Shown here: piece by piece, positions 26,396 through 31,384 of the stretch
Layout of the letters: the number at the start of each line of letters is the position of its first letter
How positions within the stretch are numbered: the first letter of the stretch is position 1
Assembly: GCA_018817995.1 (NCBI GenBank)
Contig: JAHISW010000046.1
Location: 1 to 31,384, forward strand
DNA length: 31,384 bases
DNA from: Patescibacteria group bacterium
GTDB taxonomy: Bacteria; Patescibacteriota; Minisyncoccia; JAHISW01; Tagabacteraceae
Direction: 5' to 3'
The notes under the pieces: generated by a model
What the model was told of the DNA's origin: nothing
Databases searched by the model: none
The model's input: only the letters and a program-made list of their open reading frames with translations
Position numbers and translations under genes: made by a program

Positions 26396-26426
26396 GAGAT
26401 CCGATCTCTGGAGGAGATCGGATCTC
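26396..26426. repeat. Orphan nested palindrome (perfect 13-bp stem; each arm itself palindromic)
   Basis: GAGATCCGATCTC-TGGAG-GAGATCGGATCTC. Confidence 0.85.
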
Positions 26427-26436
26427 CAAACATTAA

Positions 26437-26464
26437 TAATTCATAACTCCAAATTCATAATTCA
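26437..26464. repeat. Degenerate 7-bp tandem tract spanning a stop codon
   Basis: TAATTCA TAACTCC AAATTCA TAATTCA. The TGA of ORF 26455..27693 is inside the third unit. Confidence 0.65.
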
Positions 26465-27693
26465 ATATATCCTTTCTCAAAATTATCTATAATCATTTCC
26501 TCCATTTTTTCCTCGCTACCGACAATCTCAGAGAATATCTCATTCCAAAGCGCTTCCTGGTGATGATAAAGATATTTAATCATCTCCTTTCTTCTAACCA
26601 AAGACATAACGGTGTCAACCAAATTAAAACTCACCAAAACATCCGCCCCCGCGCCGGTTGGATAAAAATCGCCCACAAAACCAACATCCCTCCAAAAACT
26701 CAAATCAACACTGTCAACAATACCACCTATTTTACTTATGCCATCCTCCGTTTTTTTCCAATGGACCGCTTCTGGATTTACATGTGGCTCGAAAAGACGC
26801 CAATCGTTCTCGTCATCTTTGGCCAAGTATCTTTGAACTATCATCCATTTTTTGCCCAAATCCGCCTCTGGAACTTTTTCATCAGGAACATCTCCTCTCA
26901 AAAAACCCACCAAACGTTCCGCAAAATTGTCTTTGTCGGAATGTTTTCTGAACAATTTTGAGTAAAAATCTATTTCATACCTGTAGTGCAAGACCAAGGC
27001 GGCCGTCCGTAAAGTCTCTCCTTTTATTCCAAGGACTGCCGGTAAAACAAAGATCACTCCCAGTTCCTTCAAGTGGCTTATGTTATGGTACTTTTTCTTG
27101 AGAAATTTTTCAGCCACATCTTTCCACCTATCGCCCAGAACAATCATTTTAATTTCCCTCTCCTCAAAATCTTCAGGAATCAGTTTCTCATATTGCTTGA
27201 AAAAAATATTATTAAGCCATTCTCCGTCTTCCATAAAACGTAAAGCGCTGAAAATTTCAAAAACATTTTCATTTTCCAGCAAATCGCCCATATTCCCATA
27301 GCCCAGTCCCCTTAAAATATTTTTCGGAGGAACGTCAAAAAGAAGTTCCTTGGCTTTCTCTTCTTTAATAAAAAAACCTTTGCCGACACCGGCCGCTCTT
27401 TCAACAGCATCAAGCAAACCGCGACAGCCCTTTTCCGTATCGCAAACAGGCCGGTTTAACGCTTCCGATAATTTTTTGTCGTCCTCCTCAACCTTGTTTA
27501 ACAAAAACCTGTAAATGTCAGAAGCGCCACGCGTTTTGGGAGATAAAACAGATAATTTTGCCTCTATTATTCTTTCATTTTCTTCAACAATTTTTCTTAC
27601 AACATCTTCTCTCACGGTGGCAACCGTATCTTTATCCGCCCTTAAAATACGAGCTATTTTTTTGTAATAATTTATGCTTGTGTCATTCGCCAT
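26455..27693 (-). CDS. Hypothetical protein (412 aa)
   Basis: Long open frame with globular-looking composition (SHLKELGV, FEPHVNPEA.HW, YLYHHQEALWN). No family recognised. Confidence 0.65.
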   Translation of the reverse strand: MANDTSINYYKKIARILRADKDTVATVREDVVRKIVEENERIIEAKLSVLSPKTRGASDIYRFLLNKVEEDDKKLSEALNRPVCDTEKGCRGLLDAVERAAGVGKGFFIKEEKAKELLFDVPPKNILRGLGYGNMGDLLENENVFEIFSALRFMEDGEWLNNIFFKQYEKLIPEDFEEREIKMIVLGDRWKDVAEKFLKKKYHNISHLKELGVIFVLPAVLGIKGETLRTAALVLHYRYEIDFYSKLFRKHSDKDNFAERLVGFLRGDVPDEKVPEADLGKKWMIVQRYLAKDDENDWRLFEPHVNPEAVHWKKTEDGISKIGGIVDSVDLSFWRDVGFVGDFYPTGAGADVLVSFNLVDTVMSLVRRKEMIKYLYHHQEALWNEIFSEIVGSEEKMEEMIIDNFEKGYIEL

Positions 27694-27754
27694 ACTAAAC
27701 TATTTTAACAAAAACATTAAGATTACGCCAATGGCCCCAAGTATATTTATATTT

Positions 27755-30205
27755 TTATTTATTCCCGCAACATTTCTTATATTTCTTTCCGCTTCCGCAC
27801 GGACAGGGGTCGTTTCTCCCCGCCTCTCTCTTGAATATAACATTCTGTGGAACATTGCCCTGAACGGCCGGCCTAATATTCAAAATCAATTTAACAAAAG
27901 TATTTTTTATAGACAATTCCAAATCCCTAAACAATCTTATCCCTTCATTTTTGTACTCTACTAAAGGATCACGATTGCCATAAGCTCGCAATCCGACAGA
28001 AGAACGCATATAGTCCATAACCTCTAGATGGTCTATCCAGTGCGTGTCAATTACTCTTAAAAATAAATTTTTTTGCGCCTGAAAAAACTGCCCGCCTGCT
28101 GGCGAGGCAGGTCCCTCAGTAAACTCCCCTTTCTTCTTTTCCAGAATGCTCACATCTTCTCCGGCCTCCTCCAACAATTCCCTTGTTTTGTTTTCCAAAA
28201 AATCTTTATCGGCAAAAAGAATTTCTCGTCTCATATTATAAATCTTGGTGCGCTGTTTATTCATCACGTCATCATATTCAAGAATGTGTTTTCTTGCGTC
28301 AAAATTTAATCCTTCTATTTTTGATTGCGCGGACTCTATCGCCCTTGAGACCATTCTGTTTTCAAGTGGAACATCCTCAGGAACGCCTAAACTTTTCATC
28401 ATGTTTTTAATTTTTTCGGAGCCAAAAATTCTCATCAAACTATCTTCCAAAGACACAAAAAATCTGCTTTCCCCGGGATCACCCTGCCTGCCAGAACGAC
28501 CGCGCAGTTGATTGTCTATGCGACGCGCTTCATGCCTCTCTGTGCCCAAAACAAAAAGCCCCCCAAGATTCCTAACATCCTCCGCCTCCTTTTCGTTAAA
28601 AGGATTACCCCCCAAGACAATGTCAACACCACGACCTGCCATATTGGTTGCCACGGTAACCAATCCTTTCTTGCCTGCCTGAGCAATAATCTCGCCCTCT
28701 TCCTCATGATGTTTCGCATTCAGCAAACGATGAGGCACCCCTTCTTTTTTCAGCAAGGCGGAAAGATATTCGTTTTTATCAATAGAAACTGTTCCAATAA
28801 GAACGGGTTGTCCTTTTTTATGTCTTTCTTTTATTTCTTCTACTACTGCCTTGAACTTTCCTTGTTCTGTTGAATAAACTAAATCTGGTTTGTCTTTTCT
28901 TACAAGAGGTTTATTGGGGGGGACATTGACAACCTCAAGTTTATAAACCTTGTCAAACTCTTCCGCAGAAGTTAAAGCCGTTCCCGTCATCCCGGACAGC
29001 TTTTCATACATTCTAAAATAATTTTGAAAAGTAATACTGGCAAGTGTCCGCGATTCTTTTTGCACAAAAACACCCTCCTTCGCTTCAATAGCCTGATGTA
29101 AACCCTCGGACCACCTTCGCCCCGGCATTAATCTTCCGGTAAACTCATCAACGATAATAATTTCTCCATTTTTCACAACATAGTCTTTGTCTTTCTTGAA
29201 AAGAGCGGATGCTCGTAAGGCTTGATTTAAATGGTGGACATATTTAATTCCCTTTTCCGTATAAATATCCCCCACGCCCAATATTTTTTCCACTTTTTCA
29301 ATACCGTCTTCATTGACGGAAACCGCTCTTTGTTTTTCATCAACAGTAAAATGTTTATTTTCTTTAAGTTGGGGAGCAATTTTCGCAAAAGTTTTGTAAA
29401 GTTCGGCAGACTCTTCATCGGGTGCGGAAATAATCAAGGGAGTCCTGGCCTCATCAATCAAAATTGAGTCAATCTCGTCAACAATCGCAAAGTAATGATT
29501 TTTTTGAGCAATTTGCGGATTTTGGTCCGCCCCGCCAACGGCGGGGTAAGCCATACTGTCGCGTAAATAATCAAAACCGAATTCATTGTTTGTCCCATAT
29601 GTAATATCCGCCTCGTATGCTTCCTTTCTTTCACATGGCCTCAAAAATTCATGCACAACCTTAAAAGATCCAAGCGCATCACGCTCTTCATCAATATTAT
29701 TTTCAAAACTAGAGTCGTAAAGAAAACTTGAATCATGATTGATACACCCCACAGACAATCCCAAAGCATCATATATCTGCCCCATCCAGACAGTATCACG
29801 CCTTGAAAGATAATCATTGACCGTAACAACATGAACTCCTTTTCCAACTAAAGCATTCAAATAGATGGGGAGTGTCGCGGCAAGTGTTTTACCCTCTCCT
29901 GTTTTCATTTCGGTAATTCTTCCTTGATGGAGGGCTATGCCACCCAAAATCTGCGAATCAAAATGACGCTGTCCAAGCGTCCGTTTGGCAGATTCTCGAA
30001 CAACGGCAAAAGCTTCCGGTAAAATATCATCCAAAGAAACCCCTCCCTGGAGACGTTTTTTGAATTCTTTTGTTTTGTTTCTTAAATTGTCTTCGGATAA
30101 AGATTCAAAATCCTTTTCAATGTTATTTATTTTAACCACTTCTAATTTAAACTTCTTCAAAAGACGGTCATTTGAATCTCCCATGATTTTGCTTAATATT
30201 CCCAT
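27755..30205 (-). CDS. secA: Preprotein translocase subunit SecA
   Basis: EMKTGEGKT, GTNNEFGFDYLRD, IVDEIDSILIDEARTPLIIS, ATNMAGRG, RGRSGRQGDPG and C-terminal SEC-C GRNDPCPCGSGKKYKKCC. Confidence 0.98.
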   Translation of the reverse strand: MGILSKIMGDSNDRLLKKFKLEVVKINNIEKDFESLSEDNLRNKTKEFKKRLQGGVSLDDILPEAFAVVRESAKRTLGQRHFDSQILGGIALHQGRITEMKTGEGKTLAATLPIYLNALVGKGVHVVTVNDYLSRRDTVWMGQIYDALGLSVGCINHDSSFLYDSSFENNIDEERDALGSFKVVHEFLRPCERKEAYEADITYGTNNEFGFDYLRDSMAYPAVGGADQNPQIAQKNHYFAIVDEIDSILIDEARTPLIISAPDEESAELYKTFAKIAPQLKENKHFTVDEKQRAVSVNEDGIEKVEKILGVGDIYTEKGIKYVHHLNQALRASALFKKDKDYVVKNGEIIIVDEFTGRLMPGRRWSEGLHQAIEAKEGVFVQKESRTLASITFQNYFRMYEKLSGMTGTALTSAEEFDKVYKLEVVNVPPNKPLVRKDKPDLVYSTEQGKFKAVVEEIKERHKKGQPVLIGTVSIDKNEYLSALLKKEGVPHRLLNAKHHEEEGEIIAQAGKKGLVTVATNMAGRGVDIVLGGNPFNEKEAEDVRNLGGLFVLGTERHEARRIDNQLRGRSGRQGDPGESRFFVSLEDSLMRIFGSEKIKNMMKSLGVPEDVPLENRMVSRAIESAQSKIEGLNFDARKHILEYDDVMNKQRTKIYNMRREILFADKDFLENKTRELLEEAGEDVSILEKKKGEFTEGPASPAGGQFFQAQKNLFLRVIDTHWIDHLEVMDYMRSSVGLRAYGNRDPLVEYKNEGIRLFRDLELSIKNTFVKLILNIRPAVQGNVPQNVIFKREAGRNDPCPCGSGKKYKKCCGNK
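28088..28110. repeat. GC-rich hairpin in-frame in secA
   Basis: CTGCCCGCC-TGCT-GGCGAGGCAG with one bulge, encoding (G)PASPAGGQ. Confidence 0.78.
29530..29546. repeat. GC-rich hairpin in-frame in secA
   Basis: CCCCGCC-AAC-GGCGGGG, a perfect 7-bp stem encoding PAVGG. Same arms as the 1846-1862 element. Confidence 0.82.
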
Positions 30206-30212
30206 CCCGCTC

Positions 30213-30221
30213 AGTATAACA
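30213..30221 (-). promoter_or_regulatory. Extended -10 promoter of secA
   Basis: TGTTATACT lies 7 nt before the ATG. The same TGn-TATAAT layout occurs at trmD (17666-17674) and rpsP (18470-18478). Confidence 0.55.
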
Positions 30222-30222
30222 A

Positions 30223-30254
30223 AAAAATCAGCCTCTTATAAGGGGCTGATTTTT
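30223..30254 (-). terminator. Intrinsic terminator after the histone-like gene
   Basis: AAAAATCAGCCTC-TTATAA-GGGGCTGATTTTT, with an A-run giving a U-tail on the minus strand. Confidence 0.72.
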
Positions 30255-30268
30255 AAACAAAAAGAAAA

Positions 30269-30475
30269 CTATTTTTTCTTTCGGCGAACAGTCTTTCTCT
30301 TCGCAGGTTTCTTGGTTGCCTTCTTTACCGCTTTTCTCTTCGCGGGTTTTCTCTTCGCTACTTTTCTCTTCGTGGTCTTTTTCACTACCTTCTTCTTTGC
30401 TGTCTTTTTTGCCGCTTTTCTCTTTGCGGGTTTTCTCTTAGCTACTTTTTTTGCTGCTTTTTTACGTTTAACCAT
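30269..30475 (-). CDS. Lys/Arg/Ala-rich histone-H1-like basic protein
   Basis: 68 aa with no acidic residues and repeated AKRKP/AKRKA/VKK units. Has its own terminator. Confidence 0.7.
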   Translation of the reverse strand: MVKRKKAAKKVAKRKPAKRKAAKKTAKKKVVKKTTKRKVAKRKPAKRKAVKKATKKPAKRKTVRRKKK

Positions 30476-30597
30476 TTCTTATTTTTAAACTTTAGTTCTT
30501 ATTAAAACAAATATGTCGACCGCAAAATATTTGTTAACAACTCTACTTATATTTTATATTATTTTTTTAAAAAAAAGAATAAAAAAAAATAAAAAAC

Positions 30598-30606
30598 TGT
30601 GGATAA
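30598..30606 (-). promoter_or_regulatory. Single consensus DnaA box (TTATCCACA)
   Basis: The + strand reads TGTGGATAA, in an AT-rich intergenic region upstream of the histone-like gene. Confidence 0.5.
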
Positions 30607-30639
30607 CTCTTTCCATAAAATTTTTATTTACAAAAATTT

Positions 30640-31384
30640 TTAAAATCCTATTAGTCGCGTTTCTTCTTCTAAACTAAAACCATACTTGTTATAAACCCTC
30701 TGCTTGATCATGCTTACAAGCATCATAACATGTTCGGCTTTGGCGTTTCCCAGATTTAAAATAAAACCAGCGTGGTCGTTGGAAACAACAGCGTCGCCGA
30801 TTCTTTTATTCTTCAAGCCCATATGGTCAATCAAAAAACCCACTGAAATTTTCGGCTTGTCGGCAAATTGTTTAAGTTCCGGAAACTTTTTTAGAAGACG
30901 GTCTTTGTCTACCCCTTTTCTTTTCCATTCAATATTTTTAAAAAAACATCCGGCGCAATTATAATTGGGTTTAAATGATTCCATCCTTTGTTTGGCATTC
31001 TCTTTTATTTTTTTACGAATAGTCTCGCCATCTCCTTCTTTAAAAATAAATTCCGCTCCAAGTATAATTAAATTCGAATTGTCATGGAAAATAGAACCGC
31101 GATAATAAAAATCACACTGATCCTTATTAAAATTAGAAACGGAAGCATCTGCGCAATTTAAAACTTCTACACTCCTAACACAACCGGAAATATCTTCTCC
31201 GAAAGCTCCCGTGTTCCCACATATCGCACCCCCAATAGTACCGGGGATGCCTATTGCCCACTCCAACCCTGTCAATCCAAGTTTCACCGCTTCGACCAGT
31301 AAATTAGCCAAAAGCAGACCCGCGTCAGCATAAATTTCAGAATTATGAACTAAGAATTCAGAATTAAGAATTTTTACGACAAGA
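30640..31384 (-). CDS. murB: UDP-N-acetylmuramate dehydrogenase (partial; frame open to the window end)
   Basis: GLEWAIGIPGTIGGAI.GN.GAFG, FYYRGS, AGCFFKN, HAGFILNLGNA and LEEE. Manual translation of 31312-31383 has no stop (LVVKILNSEFLVHNSEIYADAGLL). Confidence 0.92.
   Translation of the reverse strand, partial: LVVKILNSEFLVHNSEIYADAGLLLANLLVEAVKLGLTGLEWAIGIPGTIGGAICGNTGAFGEDISGCVRSVEVLNCADASVSNFNKDQCDFYYRGSIFHDNSNLIILGAEFIFKEGDGETIRKKIKENAKQRMESFKPNYNCAGCFFKNIEWKRKGVDKDRLLKKFPELKQFADKPKISVGFLIDHMGLKNKRIGDAVVSNDHAGFILNLGNAKAEHVMMLVSMIKQRVYNKYGFSLEEETRLIGF
31334..31368. repeat. 7-bp tandem tract in murB (5 units)
   Basis: ATTTCAG AATTATG AACTAAG AATTCAG AATTAAG, encoding LNSEFLVHNSE. Confidence 0.75.

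Noticed and set aside
29985-30488. 167-aa plus-strand ORF and the many other short antisense or overlapping ORFs in the track (e.g. 594..836, 7091..7393, 10329..10946, 16780..17208)
   Set aside because: They are shadows of well-supported genes on the opposite strand or frame, and show no independent motifs.
30476-30639. Replication origin
   Set aside because: Only one consensus DnaA box is present, with no dnaA/dnaN nearby and no box cluster.

Overview
AT-rich, densely packed 31.4-kb chromosomal segment read in genetic code 11. It most likely comes from a CPR/Patescibacteria (Parcubacteria-like) genome; this is an inference from the reduced PheS/PheT, the near-absence of Shine-Dalgarno motifs and the gene inventory. 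It is mostly housekeeping: rnj 3' end, phosphomannomutase, ychF, rpsF-ssb-rpsR, ftsK-Ig-like-recA, trmD-khpA-rpsP, gyrB, pheT-pheS, tRNA-Gly(CCC), 2-hydroxyacid dehydrogenase, class II aldolase, secA, a histone-H1-like protein and partial murB. The accessory signal is a layered ecosystem of short repeats. (1) Two REP-associated tyrosine transposase (RAYT/Y1-HUH) genes each carry their own private palindrome three times: upstream, downstream and in-frame inside the coding sequence. (2) A PaaX/Cas2-like gene is bracketed by a 39-bp direct repeat. (3) GC-rich CCCGCC-N-GGCGGG mini-palindromes sit in-frame in phosphomannomutase and SecA. (4) Degenerate 7-bp tandem tracts lie inside or across trmD, murB, a glycoside hydrolase and a hypothetical gene. 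(5) An orphan nested palindrome is present. Also notable are -10 boxes 6-10 nt before start codons (including two overlapping divergent pairs), an unannotated 35-aa membrane ORF, and a two-gene exported HExxH-protein/lipoprotein module with strong SD sites. No CRISPR array, rRNA, integrase or prophage is visible.
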